Assembly (NCBI GenBank): GCA_032718475.1
Contig: JAUCBJ010000820.1
Span: forward strand, 1 to 41,100
Reading direction: 5' to 3'
Length of the DNA stretch: 41,100 nucleotides
From: Nemertoderma westbladi
Lineage: Eukaryota; Animalia; Xenacoelomorpha
The notes beneath the pieces were generated by a model, which saw nothing but the letters and a program-made list of their open reading frames with translations, did no database searches and was not told where the DNA came from. The first letter of the stretch is position 1. Each line of letters begins with the position of its first letter. This document shows, in pieces, positions 12,616 through 27,900 of the stretch. Position numbers and translations under genes: made by a program.

Positions 12616-12787
12616 TTTTGTTCTAGAATTGAGATTGAGCAACTAATAATAGATCGACTTATTAATAATTATTGTTTGAAATGTGATTGTATTTTTACAT
12701 AATTATTAGTTCTATACTAATTTTCATTGTCTCTTTTATTTAAAATAAAAAGTCGGTTCCTTATCGGGCCGCTAGGCCCGTCACTAG

Positions 12788-13812
12788 TTAGCAAGTCGTT
12801 AGACTTGATTACTGTAAGAATTGTTTGCTGATTGACTGGCTGACTGACTGACTGACTGACTGACTGACTGACTGACTGACTGACTGACTGACCTACAGCC
12901 AAAACTACTCTAACGATTTTGATGAAATTTTCACAGCAGCTAGATACCGCGATTCTAAGGTCCCTGGCATGATCGGCTACTCCGTCCATAGCCTCTGGGC
13001 TTGAAAAATAGAGATAAACGAAAAAACGCCATAGGCGCTATGGTAAAATAACACCAATGACAGCTGGTGTCCTGATGAAAAATGGCTTATGTAATGCATT
13101 TCTACACAAAATGTTAGTAATAAATCGATGAGGTTGCCAAGATTATTGTACTTAGTACACCCATACTGTTTGTTTAGGCCCTACCAACCACTCTCTGCAA
13201 ACAAACATCAACTGGTTGGTTTGCTATTCTATAGGGAGCCACCTAACAAGGAAGTACATACAGTGCCAACTTTATAATCATTCACTGGGTTAGCCGGCTA
13301 TTACAGCCTCAGCTGAATAACTCTTCCCCCTGCTGAATGACTATTAGGTATACAGTGTATCGGCTACATTATGCCAACATTAATACTGTGGAGGCTGTAT
13401 GCTTATAAGGCGGAATGTTTACTCAGCCTGCTACTGATACTCTGTAAGGCTTACACTAACATTATAGTTTGAAATATAAAAATAACTGCTTATTATCTGT
13501 ATTGGGTTAATCACTGTGGCATTCAAAATGTTTTGTTAGGTGAATGACATTTAGTGGCTAAGATTATTCTCTGTCAGATTCCCTTCACACCATAGGCAAA
13601 CATTGTTGAGGCTGAGGGAATTTACTTTAGTTTACTCTACTGAGTCATTCAGCTGAATGGATTTGAGCAATTGCCAAATTACAGAGTGGGATCTCTCTCT
13701 GACCATAGATAAATAACACTTCCCTTCTGAACAAAGGTAAACATTGTTGAGGGAACTTACCTTTGATTGACGACTTCCGACTTGCTTAATGGCGTCTTGA
13801 CGCCGTCTCTAG
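12788..13812 (+). mobile_element. Type-B rolling-circle element
   Basis: Same B head, tail CGACTTGCTTAATGGCGTCTTGACGCCGTCTCTAG. Confidence 0.85.
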
Positions 13813-14632
13813 TTAGGAACCGAGAGGTTCATTACTGTAAGAATTGCTCGAGACTGGCTGACTGACTGACTGATCTACAGCCAAAACTACTCTAACGATT
13901 TTGATGAAATTTTCACAGCGGCTAGATACCGCGATTCTAAGGTCCCTGGTATGTTCCGCTATTTCGTCCATGAGCCGTGGGCTCGAAAAATAGACATAAA
14001 CGAAAAAACGCCATAGGCGCAATGATAAAAACACCAGCTGGCACTCATGAAAAATGGATAGAGATAGCCTAGTAATGATATTACAATAGGAATGGCCACC
14101 TAACAAGGAAATGCTTTCTCTGCCAAGTTTTATCCTCACTCTACAACTCAGACAGTAAGCAAACAAAAGCCGTGGGATTCTAATGTATTACATCATAAGC
14201 TGATTGCTCTCCCAATAGCCCTCACACACTCACTGAATCCAATGAAATCGAATATCTATTAGCATAATGCGAATAGCTGGTAAGGTGAATGCCATTTTAG
14301 TTATTGTGTACTGTTGATTGCAGAGTTGTCTGCTATGTTGTATGTATTTAAATAAAATAATTTTCGTAGAGGGAAGTTAATTTGGGATTACTCTCTATCA
14401 GATGTAAGCAAAGCTGTTCAATGGGGTGGGCCATGGGACCCAAATATGGTACATTATGCATGGCAAACATTAATAAAATCATTCAGTCAACCTGGAGGGT
14501 ATTTGCTTCGTTAACTCTACTGTGCGAAAAACGAATTCATAATGTTACCCATACTTCAGGTGAATGAATTTTTAGATATTTGTACTGAAGGCAAGGATTT
14601 CTGATATAATTAAAATACAAGACAGGGGCTTG

Positions 14633-14990
14633 TTTCGATATATGTAGTTGCGCCCTTCGAGCAGCACGTGAGTTAATCAAATATTAGACACAATGTTTGA
14701 CTTTGTCCCTTCGAGCAGCACGTGAGTTTTGCTTTGACCCTTCGATATATGTATTTGCGCCCTTCGAGCAGCACGTGAATTACATCAAATAATAGACACA
14801 TTGTTTGACTTTGTCCCTTCGAGCAGCACGTGAGTTTTGCTTTGACCCTTCGATATATGTATTTGCGCCCTTCGAGCAGCACGTGAATTACATCAAATAA
14901 TAGACACATTGTTTGACTTTGTCCCTTCGAGCAGCACGTGAGTTTTGCTTTGACCCTTCGATATATGTATTTGCGCCCTTCGAGCAGCAC
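14633..14990. repeat. 108-bp tandem repeat, about 3.3 copies
   Basis: Each unit carries CCCTTCGAGCAGCACGTGA twice. The overlapping ORF shows 36-aa periodicity. Confidence 0.92.
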
Positions 14991-15006
14991 GGGGAGTCGA
15001 CTCAGA

Positions 15007-15860
15007 CCGAGCCAAGCCGAGCTAAGCCGAGCCAAGCCGAACCGAGCCGAGCCGAGCCGAGCCGAGCCGAACCGAGCCGAGCCGAGCCGAGCCGAGCCGA
15101 GCCGAGCCGAGCCGAACCGAGCCGAGCCGAGCCGAGCCGAGCCGAGCCGAGCCGAGCCGAGCCGAGCCGAGCCGAGCCGAGCTGAGCCGAACCGAGCCGA
15201 GCCGTGCCGAGCCGAGCCGAGCCGTGCCGAGCCAGCCGAGCCGAACCGAGCCGAGCCGAGCCGAGCCGAACCGAGCCGAGCCGATCCGAGCCGAGTCGAG
15301 TCGAGACCGAACCGAGCCGAGCCGAGCCGAGCTGAGCCGAGCCGAGCCGAGCCGAGCCGAGCCGAACCGAGCCGAGCCGAGCCGGGCCGAGCCGGGCCGA
15401 GCCGGGCCGGGCCGAGCCGAGCCGAGCCGAGCCGAGCCGAGCCGAGCCGAGCCGATCCGAGCCGAGCCGAGTCGAACCGAACCGAGCTGAGCCGAGCCGA
15501 GCCGAGCCGAGCCGAGCCGAGCCGAGCCGAGCCGAGCCGAGCCGAGCCGAGCCGAACCGAGCCGAGCCGAGCCGAGCCGAGCCGAGCCGAGCCGGGCCGA
15601 GCCGGGCCGAACCGAGCCGAGCCGGGCCGAACCGAGCCGAGCCGAGCCGAGCCGGGCCGAGCCGGGCCGAGCCGAGCCGGGCCGAACCGAGCCGAGCCGA
15701 GCCGAGCCGAGCCGAGCCGAGCCGAGCCGAGCCGAGCCGAGCCGAGCCGAGCCGAGCCGAACCGAGCTGAGCCGAGCCGAGCCGAGCCTAATCGAGCCAA
15801 ACCGAGCCGATCAAGCCAAGTCGAACTTAATCGTGCCCAATCGTGCAAGACCGAGCCGAG
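15007..15860. repeat. (GCCGA)n pentanucleotide satellite, about 850 bp
   Basis: Directly visible, with variants ACCGA, GCCGG and GCTGA. Confidence 0.98.
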
Positions 15861-15925
15861 CTCGTTGTCTCTTTTATTTGAAATAAAAAGTCGGTTCCTT
15901 ATCGGGCCGCTAGGCCCGTCACTAG

Positions 15926-18900
15926 TTAGGAACCGAGAGGTTCATTACTGTAAGAATTGTTAGCTGACTGGCTGGCTGGCTGGCTGGCTGACTGGCTGAT
16001 CTATAGCCAAAACTACTCTAACGATTTTGATGAAATTTTCACAGCATCTAGATACCGCGATTCTAATGTCCCTGGCATGATCGGCTACTCCGTCCATAGC
16101 CTCTGGGCTCGAAAAATAGAGATAAACGAAAAAACGCCATAGGCGCAATGGTAAAATAACACCCATGACAGCTGGTGTCCTGATGAAAAATGGCTTATGT
16201 AATGCATTTCTACACAAGGCTTAGTATAAATCGATGAGGTTGCCAAGATTATTGTACTTAGTACACCCATACTGTTTGTTTAGGCCCTGCACTCTCTGTC
16301 AAAGCAAATATTAACTGGTTGGTTTGCTATTCTATAGGGAGCCACCTAACAAGGAAGTACATACAGTGCCAACTTTATAATCATTCACTGGGTTAGCCGG
16401 CTATTACAGCCTCAGCTGAATAACTCTTCCCAATGCTTTCTATGGCGATCTACAAGGTTACTCTCTCTTCTATGTTAATTGATGTGTAAGCTGATTGACT
16501 GTTAGTTACACAGTGTGTTGGGTACTATTGGATTGCACTGTATTTATAATAATAATTGTTTTATTTTTAAATCTTTCAGCCAACATTAATTCCGTGGAGG
16601 CAGTATGCTTATAAGGTTCCACCTTGTAAGCAAGAAAGCAAGCACTCTCTGTCAGTCTCCCCTTCAGAACATTGTATAGGGAATTTACTTTAGTTTACTC
16701 TACTGTGCCATTCAGCTGAATGGATTTGAGCGATTGCCAAGTTACAGAGTTGGATCATTCTCTGACCATAGGCAAAGACATGAAATCTTTTTAAAAATAT
16801 ACTTTTTCCATGTTTTTTTTCTGACCAAAAATTTCAAAAAAAATTTTTTCGTAGCCAGTACTGCCAATCGATTCGCCATCAAAAATAACGCAAAAATTTT
16901 TTTTTGCAAAATTTTAAATTACTGTAAATTTTTGGCGACTGGGGGGGGTCAATTTTTTTCGATCCGCTATAACTCCGGAACGCTTTGTCCAAATTCGATG
17001 GGGTTTTCATTTTTCAACTTAATTCGATGTCCTCTTTCAGCCTATCCATGTTTCGAAACCCCAAACAGCGCCGTTCAAAAATTAATTTTTTCTAGTTCTA
17101 GAATTTTACAAATTTCAAAAAAGTTGCAGTATTTTATTAACGCCTTTACGGAATTCGATAGCGTTTTCGATTTTTATATTAAAAGCAATATCCTGAATCT
17201 CAATAGCCTAGTTTCGCGTCACCAATGCCAAGACTTCATACTTTTTGAGAAAAATTTTTCTAGATTAATTTTTATTTAATTACATTTATCGCGATTTCTT
17301 ATTACTGGTTGCACATGAACTGATGGAGTTTTCAATTTATTAACTAAACACGATATCGCGCATCGCACCAGCGTGGTTTCGAAATTCCAAAACGAGGTCT
17401 TCACTAGTTGCAGGTCGATTTTGTTCTAGAATTGAACAACTAATAATAGATCAAATTTATTAATTGCCAAGTTACAGAGTTGGATCATTCTCTGACCATA
17501 GGCAAAGACATCAAATCTTTTTAAAAATATACTTTTTCCATGTTTTTTTTCTGACCAAAAATTTCAAAAAAAATTTTTTCGTAGCCAGTACTGCCAATCG
17601 ATTCGCCATCAAAAATAACGCAAAAATTTTTTTTTGCAAAATTTTAAATTACTGTAAATTTTTGGCGACTGGGGGGGGGGTCAATTTTTTTCGATCCGCT
17701 ATAACTCCGGAACGCTTTGTCCAAATTCGATGGGGTTTTCATTTTTCAACTTAATTAGATGTCCTCTTTCAGCCTATCCATGTTTCCAAACCCCAAACAG
17801 CGCCGTTCAAAAAATAATTTTTTCCAGTTCTAGAATTTTACAAATTTCAAAAAAGTTTCAGTATTTTATTAACGCCTTTACGGAATTCGATAGCGTTTTC
17901 GATTTTTATATTAAACGCAATATCCTGAATCTCACTAGCCTAGTTTCGCGTCACCAACGCCAAGACTTCATACTTTTTGAGGAAAATATTTCTAGAATAA
18001 TTTTTATTTAATTACATTTATCGCGATTTCTTATTACTGGTTGCACATGAATTGATGGAGTTTTCAATTTATTAACTAAACACGATATCGCGCATCGCAC
18101 CAGCGTGGTTTCGAAATTCCAAAACGAGGTCTTCACTAGTTGCAGGTCGATTTTGTTCTAGAATTGAGCAACTAATAATAGATCGAATTTATTAATAATT
18201 ATTGTATGAAATATGATTGTATTTTTACATAATTATTAGTTCTATACTAATTCTCGTTGTCTCTTTTATTTAAAATAAAAAGTCGGTTCCTTATCGGGCC
18301 GCTAGGCCCGTCACTAGTTAGGAACCGAGAGGTTCATTACTGTAAGAATTGTTAGCTGACTGGCTGACTGACTGGCTGACTGATCTACAGCCAAAACTAC
18401 TCTAACGATTTTGATGAAATTTTCACGGCGGCTAGATACGGCGATTCTAAGGTCCCTTGTATGTTCCGCTATTTCGTCCATGAGCCATGGGCTCGAAAAA
18501 TAGACATAAACGAAAAAACGCCATAGGCGCAATGGTAAAATAACACCAATGACAGCTGGTGTCCTGATAAAAAATGGTTTATGTAATGCATTTCTACACA
18601 AGGCTTAGTAATAAATCGATGAGGTTGCCAAGATTATTATACTTAGTACACCCATACTGTTTGTTTAGGCCCTGCACTCTCTGTCAAAGCAAATATTAAC
18701 TGGTTGATTTAGTTTGTGGTTCTACACAGGCTTAGTATAAATCGATGAGGCTGCCAACTGGTTGGTTTAGTTTGCAATCTATTACCGCCTCAGCTGAATA
18801 ACTCTTCCCCCTGCTGAATGACTATTAGGTATACAGTGTATCGGCTACATTAATGCCAACATTAATACTGTGGAGGCTGTATACTTATAAGATGGAATGT

Positions 18901-21900
18901 TTACTCAGCCTTATACTGATACTCTGTAAGGCTAAGACCAACATTATTGCAAAATGTTTTATTGTTGGATTACTCTCTGTCAGTCTCCCCTTCAGAACAT
19001 TGTATAGGGAATTTACTTTAGTTTACTCTACTGTGCCATTCAGCTGAATGGATTTGAGCGATTGCCAAGTACAGAGTTGGATCATTCTCTGACCATAGGC
19101 AAAGACATCAAATCTTTTTAAAAATATACTTTTTCCATGTTTTTTTTCTGACCAAAAATTTCAAAAAAAATTTTTCGTAGCCAGTACTGCCAATCGATTC
19201 GCCATCAAAAATAACGCAAAAAAATTTTTTTGCAAAATTTTAAATTACTGTAAATTTTTGGCGACTGGGGGGGGTCAATTTTTTTCGATCCGCTATAACT
19301 CCGGAACGCTTTGTCCAAATTCGATGGGGTTTTCATTTTTCAACTTAATTCGATGTCCTCTTTCAGCCTATCCATGTTTTGAAACCCCAAACAGCGCCGT
19401 TCAAAAATTATTTTTTTCTAGTTCTAGAATTTTACAAATTTCAAAAAAGTTGCAGTATTTTATTAACGCCTTTACGGAATTCGATAGCGTTTTCGATTTT
19501 TATATTAAACGCAATATCCTGAATCTCACTAGCCTAGTTTCGCGTCACCAATGCCAAGATTTCATACTTTTGAAGAAATTTTTCTAGAATATTTTTTATT
19601 TAATTACATTTATAGCGATTTCTTATTACTGATTGCACATGAATTGATGGAATGACTATTAGGTATACAGTGTATCGGCTACATTAATGCCAACATCATT
19701 GCAAAATGTTTTATTGTTGGATTACTCTCTGTCAGTCTCCCCTTAAGAATATTGTATAGGGAATTTACTTTAGTTTACTCTACTGTGCCATTCAGCTGAA
19801 TGGATTTGAGCGATTGCCAAGTTACAGAGTTGGCTCATTCTCTGACCATAGGCAAAGACAAATCTTTTTAAAAATATAATTTTTCCATGTTTTTTTTTCT
19901 GACCAAAAATTTCAAAAAAAATTTTTCGTAGCCAGTACTGCCAATCGATTTGCCATCAAAAATAACGCAAAAAATTTTTTTTGCAAAATTTTAAATTACT
20001 GTAAATTTTTGGCGACTGGGGGGGGGTCAATATTTTTCGATCCGCTATAACTCCGGAACGCTTTGTCCAAATTCGATGGGGTTTTTATTTTTCAACTTAA
20101 TTCGATGTCCTCTTTCAGTTTATCCATGTTTCGAAATCCCAAACAGCGCCGTTCAAAAATTAATTTTTTCTAGTTCTAGAATTTTACAAATTTCAAAAAA
20201 GTTGCAGTATTTTATTAACGCCTTTATGGAATTCGATAGCGTTTTCGATTTTTATATTAAACGCAATATCCTGAATCTCACTAGCTTAGTTTCGCGTCAC
20301 CAATGCCAAGACTTCATACTTTTTGAGGAAAATTTTTCTAGAATAATTTTTATTTAATTACATTTATCGCGATTTCTTATTACTGGTTGCACATGAATTG
20401 ATGGAGTTTTCAATTTATTAACTAAACACGATATCGCGCATCGCACCTGCGTGGTTTCGAAATTTCAAAACGAGGTCTTCACTATTTGCAAGTCGTTTTG
20501 TTCTAGAATTGAGCAACTAATAATAGATCGAATTTATTAATAATTATTGTATGAAATATGATTGTATTTTTACATAGTTATTAGTTTTATACTAATTCTC
20601 GCTGTCTCTTTTATTTAAAATAAAAAGTCGGTTCCTTATCGGGCCGCTAGGCCCGTCACTAGTTATTAGGAACCGAGAGGTTCATTACTGTAAGAATTGT
20701 TAGCTGACTGGCTGGCTGGCTGGCTGGCTGACTGGCTGATCTACAGCCAAAACTACTCTAACGATTTTGATGAAATTTTCACAGCATCTAGATACCGCGA
20801 TTCTAAGGTCCCTGGCATGATCGGCTACTCCGTCCATAGCCTCTGGGCTCGAAAAATAGAGATAAACGAAAAAACGCCATAGGCGCAATGGTAAAATAAC
20901 ACCCATGACAGCTGGTGTCCTGATGAAAAATGGCTTATGTAATGCATTTCTACACAAGGCTTAGTATAAATCGATGAGGTTGCCAAGATTATTGTACTCA
21001 GTACACCCATACTGTTTGTTTAGGCCCTAGGACACTCTGTCAAAGCAAATATTAACTGGTTGCTTTAGTTTGAAATCTAATATCGCCTCAGCTGAATTAC
21101 TCTTCCCAATGCATTGTATGGGAATATCTCACTCTGCTAATGTAAGCTGAATGACTGTTACTTACACAGTGAGTTGGCTACATTAATGCCAACATTATTG
21201 CAAAATGTTTTATTGTTGGATTGCTCTCTGTCAGTCACCCCTTCAGAACATTGTATAGGGAACTTACTTTAGTTTACTCTACTGTGCCATTCAGCTGAAT
21301 GGATTTGAGCGATTGCCAAGTTACAGAGTTGGATCATTCTCTGACCATAGGCAAAGACATCAAATGTTTTTAAAAATATACTTTTTCCATGTTTTTTTTT
21401 CTGACCAAAAATTTCAAAAAAAAATTTTTCGTAGCCAGTACTGCCAATCGATTCGCCATCAAAAATAACGCAAAAAATTTTTTTTGCAAAATTTTAAATT
21501 ACTGTAAATTTTTGGCGACTGGGGGGGGTCAATTTTTTTTCGATCCGCTATAACTCCGGAATGCTTTGTCCAAATTCGATGGGGTTTTCATTTTTCAACT
21601 TAATTTAATGTCCTCTTTCAGCCTATCCATGTTTCCAAACCCCAAACAGCGCCGTTCAAAAATTAATTTTTTCCAGTTCTAGAATTTTACAAATTTCAAA
21701 AAAGTTGCAGTATTTTATTAACCCCTTTACGGAATTCGATAGCGTTTTCGATTTTTATATTAAACGCAATATCCTGAATCTCACTAGCCTAGTTTCGCGT
21801 CACCAACGCCAAGACTTCATACTTTTTGAGGAAAATTTTTCTAGAATAATTTTTATTTAATTACATTTATCGCGATTTCTTATTACTGGTTGCACTTGAA

Positions 21901-24900
21901 TTGATGGAGTTTTCAATTTATTAACTAAACACGATATCGCGCATCGCACCAGCGTGGTTTCGAAATTCCAAAACGAGGTCTTCACTAGTTGCAGGTCAAT
22001 TTTGTTCTAGAATTGAGTAACTAATAATAGATCGAATTTATTTAATTATTGTATGAAATAAGATTGTATTTTTACATAATTATTAGTTCTATAATAATTC
22101 TCGTTGTCTCTTTTATTTGAAATAAAAAGTCGGTTCCTTATCGGGCCGCCAGGCCCGTCACTAGTTAGGAACCGAGAGGTTCATTACTGTAAGAATTGTT
22201 GGCTGATTGATTGACTGGCTGGCTGGCTAATCTATAGCCAAAACTACTCTAACGATTTTGATGAAATTTTCACAGCGGCTGGATACCGCGATTCTAAGGT
22301 CCCTGGTATGTTCCGCTATTTCGTCCATGAGCCGTGGGCTCGAAAAATAGACATAAACGAAAAAACGCCATAGGCGCAATGGTAAAATATCACCAATAAC
22401 AGCTGGTGTCGTGATGAAAAATGGCTTATGTAATGGATTTCTACACAAGGCTTAGTATAAATCGATGAGGTTGCCAAGATTATTGTACTCAGTACACCCA
22501 TACTGTTTGTTTAGGCCCTAGGACACTCTGTCAAAGCAAATATTAACTGGTTGGTTTAGTTTGAAATCTAATATCACCTCAGCTGAATTACTCTTCCCAA
22601 TGCAATCTATGGGAATATCTCACTCTCTGCTAATGTAAGCTGAATGACTGTTACGTACACAGTGAGTTGGCTACATTAATGCCAACATTATTGCAAAATG
22701 TTTAATTGTTGGATTACTCTCTGTCAGTCTCCCCTTCAGAACATTGTATAGGGAATTTACTTTAGTTTACTCTACTGTGCCATTCAGCTGAATGGATTTG
22801 AGCGATTGCCAAGTTACAGAGTTGGATCATTCTCTGACCATAGGCAAAGACATCAAATCTTTTTAAAAATATACTTTTTCCATGTTTTTTTTTCTGACCA
22901 AAAAATTCAAAAAAAAATTTTTTGTAGCCAGTACTGCCAATCGATTCGCCATCAAAAATAACGCAAAAAATTTTTTTTGCAAAATTTTAAATTACTGTAA
23001 ATTTTTGGCGACTGAGGGGGGGTCAATTTTTTTCGATCCGCTATAACTCCGGAACGCTTTGTCCAAATTCGATGGGGTTTTCATTTTTCAACTTAATTCG
23101 ATGTCCTCTTTCAGCCTATCAATGTTTCGAAACCCCAAGCAGCGCCGTTCAAAAATTAATTTTTTCTAGTTCTAGAATTTTACAAATTTCAAAAAAGTTG
23201 CAGTATTTTATTAACGCCTTTACGGAATTCGATAGCGTTTTCGATTTTTATATTAAACGCAATATCCTGAATCTCACTAGCCTAGTTTCGCGTCACCAAT
23301 GCCAAGACTTCATACTTTTTGAGGAAAATTTTTCTAGAATAATTTTTATTTAATTACATTTATCGCGATTTCTTATTACTGGTTGCACATGAATTGATGG
23401 AGTTTTCAATTTATTAACTAAACACGATATCGCGCATCGCAACAGCGTGGTTTCGAAATTACCAAAACGAGGTCTTCACTAGTTGCAGGTCGATTTTGTT
23501 CTAGAATTGAGCAACTAATAATATATCGAATTTATTAATAATTATTGTATGAAATATGATTGTATTTTTACATAATTATTAGTTCTATACTAATTCTCGT
23601 TCTTTCTTTTATTTAAAATAAAAAGTCGGTTCCTTATCGGGCCGCTAGGCCCGTCACTAGTTAGGAACCGAGAGGTTCATTACTGTAAGAATTGCTCGTG
23701 GCTGACTGGCTGGCTGGCTGATCTACAGCCAAAACTACTCTAACGATTTTGATGAAATTTTCACAGCGGCTAGATACCGCGATTCTAAGGTCCCTGGCAT
23801 GATCGGCTACTCCGTCCATAGCCTCTGGGCTCGAAAAATAGACATAAACGAAAAAACGCCATAGGCGCAATGGTAAAATAACACCAATAACAGCTGGTGT
23901 CGTGATGAAAAATGGCTTATGTAATGGATTTCTACACAAGGCTTAGTATAAATCGATGAGGTTGCCATGATTATTGTACTCTGTACACCCATACTGTTTG
24001 TTTAGGCCCTAGGACACTCTGTCAAAGCAAATATTAACTGGTTGGTTTAGTTTGAAATCTATTATCGCCTCAGCTGAATTACTCTTCACAATGCATTCTA
24101 TGTAAGTATCTCACTCTGCTAATGTAAGCTGAATGACTTAAGTACACAGTGTGTTGGCTACATTAATGCCAACATTATTGCAAAATGTTTTATTGTTGGA
24201 TTACTCTCTGTCAGTCTCCCCTTCAGAACATTGTATAGGGAATTTACTTTAGTTTACTCTACTGTGCCATTCAGCTGAATGGATTTGAGCGATTGCCAAG
24301 TTACAGAGTTGGATCATTCTCTGACCATACTGTAGGCAAAGACAAATCTTTTTAAAAATATAATTTTTCCATGTTTTTTTTTCTGACCAAAAATTTCAAA
24401 AAAATTTTTTCGTAGCCAGTACTGCCAATCGATTCGCCATCAAAAATAACGCAAAAAATTTTTTTTGCAAAATTTTAAATTACTGTAAATTTTTGGCAAC
24501 TGGGGGGGGGGGGTCAATTTTTTTCGATCCGCTATAACTCCGGAACGCTTTGTCCAAATTCGATGGGGTTTTTATTTTTCAACTTAATTCGATGTCCTCT
24601 TTCAGTCTATCCATGTTTCGAAACCCCAAACAGCGCCGTTCAAAATTTAATTTTTTCTAGTTTTAGAATTTTACAAATTTCAAAAAAGTTGCAGTATTTT
24701 ATTAACGCCTTTACGGAATTCGATAGCGTTTTCGATTCTTATATTAAATGCAATATCCTGAATCTCACTAGCCTAGTTTCGCGTCACCAACGCCAAGACT
24801 TCATACTTTTTGAGGAAAATTTTTCTAGAATAATTTTTATTTAATTACATTTATAGCGATTTCTTATTACTGGTTGCACATGAATTGATGGAGTTTTCAA

Positions 24901-27900
24901 TTTATTAACTAAACACGATATTGCGCATCGCACCAGCATGGTTTCGAAATTCCAAAACGAGGTCTTCACTAGTTGCAGGTCGATTTTGTTCTGTTCTGTC
25001 CTGTCGATTTTGGCATCATGTAGCGGAGATGCAGAACGGAAAACGCGACTCAATTTGTGAGTCTCTGATCAAAGAAAACTTTGGTTCTCGGTACAGAGAT
25101 GGGAATTAGTTGTGAGCGAGTTTGGTTGTGTTTTATCCGAGGTTGATTAAGGTGATAATTGTCGGTTAATTAGTTTGGATGGCATTCGGTGCTGATAGTA
25201 ACGTTGCAACTATTCGAATCAACTATCTTAGCTCAATTATTAATGATGGATGCTATACATGATAAAGTTTGTTTATATATATTGTGTAAATACTTATAAA
25301 ATAAATAACACAATTTACATTTTGTTCTAGAATTGAGATTGAGCAACTAATAATAGATCGACTTATTAATAATTATTGTTTGAAATGTGATTGTATTTTT
25401 ACATAATTATTAGTTCTATACTAATTTTCATTGTCTCTTTTATTTAAAATAAAAAGTCGGTTCCTTATCGGGCCGCTAGGCCCGTCACTAGTTAGCAAGT
25501 CGTAGGACTTGATTACTGTAAGAATTGTTGGCTGATTGACTGGCTGGCTGGCTGGCTGACTGGCTGGCTGGCTGGCTGGCTGATCTACAGCCAAAACTAC
25601 TCTAACGATTTTGATGAAATTTTCACAGCGGCTAGATACCGCGATTCTAAGGTCCCTGGTATGTTCCGCTATTTCGTCCATGAGCCGTGGGCTCGAAAAA
25701 TAGACATAAACGAAAAAACGCCATAGGCGCAATGGTAAAATAACACCAATGACAGCTTGTTGATGGAATTTACATTTGATTGATGACTTCCGACTTGCTT
25801 AACGGCGTCTTGACGCCGTCTCTAGTTAGGAACCGAGAGGTTCATTACTGTAAGAATTGTTAGCTGACTGGCTGGCTGGCTGGCTGGCTGACTGGCTGAT
25901 CTATAGCCAAAACTACTCTAACGATTTTGATGAAATTTTCACAGCATCTAGATACCGCGATTCTAATGTCCCTGGCATGATCGGCTACTCCGTCCATAGC
26001 CTCTGGGCTCGAAAAATAGAGATAAACGAAAAAACGCCATAGGCGCAATGGTAAAATAACACCCATGACAGCTGGTGTCCTGATGAAAAATGGCTTATGT
26101 AATGCATTTCTACACAAGGCTTAGTATAAATCGATGAGGTTGCCAAGATTATTGTACTTAGTACACCCATACTGTTTGTTTAGGCCATGCACTCTCTGTC
26201 AAAGCAAATATTAACTGGTTGGTTTGCTATTCTATAGGGAGCCACCTAACAAGGAAGTACATACAGTGCCAACTTTATAATCATTCACTGGGTTAGCCGG
26301 CTATTACAGCCTCAGCTGAATAACTCTTCCCAATGCTTTCTATGGCGATCTACAAGGTTACTCTCTCTTCTATGTTAATTGATGTGTAAGCTGATTGACT
26401 GTTAGTTACACAGTGTGTTGGGTACTATTGGATTGCACTGTATTTATAATAATAATTGTTTTATTTTTAAATCTTTCAGCCAACATTAATTCCGTGGAGG
26501 CAGTATGCTTATAAGGTTCCACCTTGTAAGCAAGAAAGCAAGCACTCTCTGTCAGTCTCCCCTTCAGAACATTGTATAGGGAATTTACTTTAGTTTACTC
26601 TACTGTGCCATTCAGCTGAATGGATTTGAGCGATTGCCAAGTTACAGAGTTGGATCATTCTCTGACCATAGGCAAAGACATGAAATCTTTTTAAAAATAT
26701 ACTTTTTCCATGTTTTTTTTCTGACCAAAAATTTCAAAAAAAATTTTTTCGTAGCCAGTACTGCCAATCGATTCGCCATCAAAAATAACGCAAAAATTTT
26801 TTTTTGCAAAATTTTAAATTACTGTAAATTTTTGGCGACTGGGGGGGGTCAATTTTTTTCGATCCGCTATAACTCCGGAACGCTTTGTCCAAATTCGATG
26901 GGGTTTTCATTTTTCAACTTAATTCGATGTCCTCTTTCAGCCTATCCATGTTTCGAAACCCCAAACAGCGCCGTTCAAAAATTAATTTTTTCTAGTTCTA
27001 GAATTTTACAAATTTCAAAAAAGTTGCAGTATTTTATTAACGCCTTTACGGAATTCGATAGCGTTTTCGATTTTTATATTAAAAGCAATATCCTGAATCT
27101 CAATAGCCTAGTTTCGCGTCACCAATGCCAAGACTTCATACTTTTTGAGAAAAATTTTTCTAGATTAATTTTTATTTAATTACATTTATCGCGATTTCTT
27201 ATTACTGGTTGCACATGAACTGATGGAGTTTTCAATTTATTAACTAAACACGATATCGCGCATCGCACCAGCGTGGTTTCGAAATTCCAAAACGAGGTCT
27301 TCACTAGTTGCAGGTCGATTTTGTTCTAGAATTGAACAACTAATAATAGATCAAATTTATTAATTGCCAAGTTACAGAGTTGGATCATTCTCTGACCATA
27401 GGCAAAGACATCAAATCTTTTTAAAAATATACTTTTTCCATGTTTTTTTTCTGACCAAAAATTTCAAAAAAAAATTTTTCGTAGCCAGTACTGCCAATCG
27501 ATTCGCCATCAAAAATAACGCAAAAATTTTTTTTTGCAAAATTTTAAATTACTGTAAATTTTTGGCGACTGGGGGGGGGGTCAATTTTTTTCGATCCGCT
27601 ATAACTCCGGAACGCTTTGTCCAAATTCGATGGGGTTTTCATTTTTCAACTTAATTAGATGTCCTCTTTCAGCCTATCCATGTTTCCAAACCCCAAACAG
27701 CGCCGTTCAAAAAATAATTTTTTCCAGTTCTAGAATTTTACAAATTTCAAAAAAGTTTCAGTATTTTATTAACGCCTTTACGGAATTCGATAGCGTTTTC
27801 GATTTTTATATTAAACGCAATATCCTGAATCTCACTAGCCTAGTTTCGCGTCACCAACGCCAAGACTTCATACTTTTTGAGGAAAATATTTCTAGAATAA

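Noticed and set aside
14673-15963. 391-aa and 341-aa ORFs (SARLG / AEPSR repeats)
   Set aside because: These are stop-free translations of (GCCGA)n and the 108-bp repeat on both strands.
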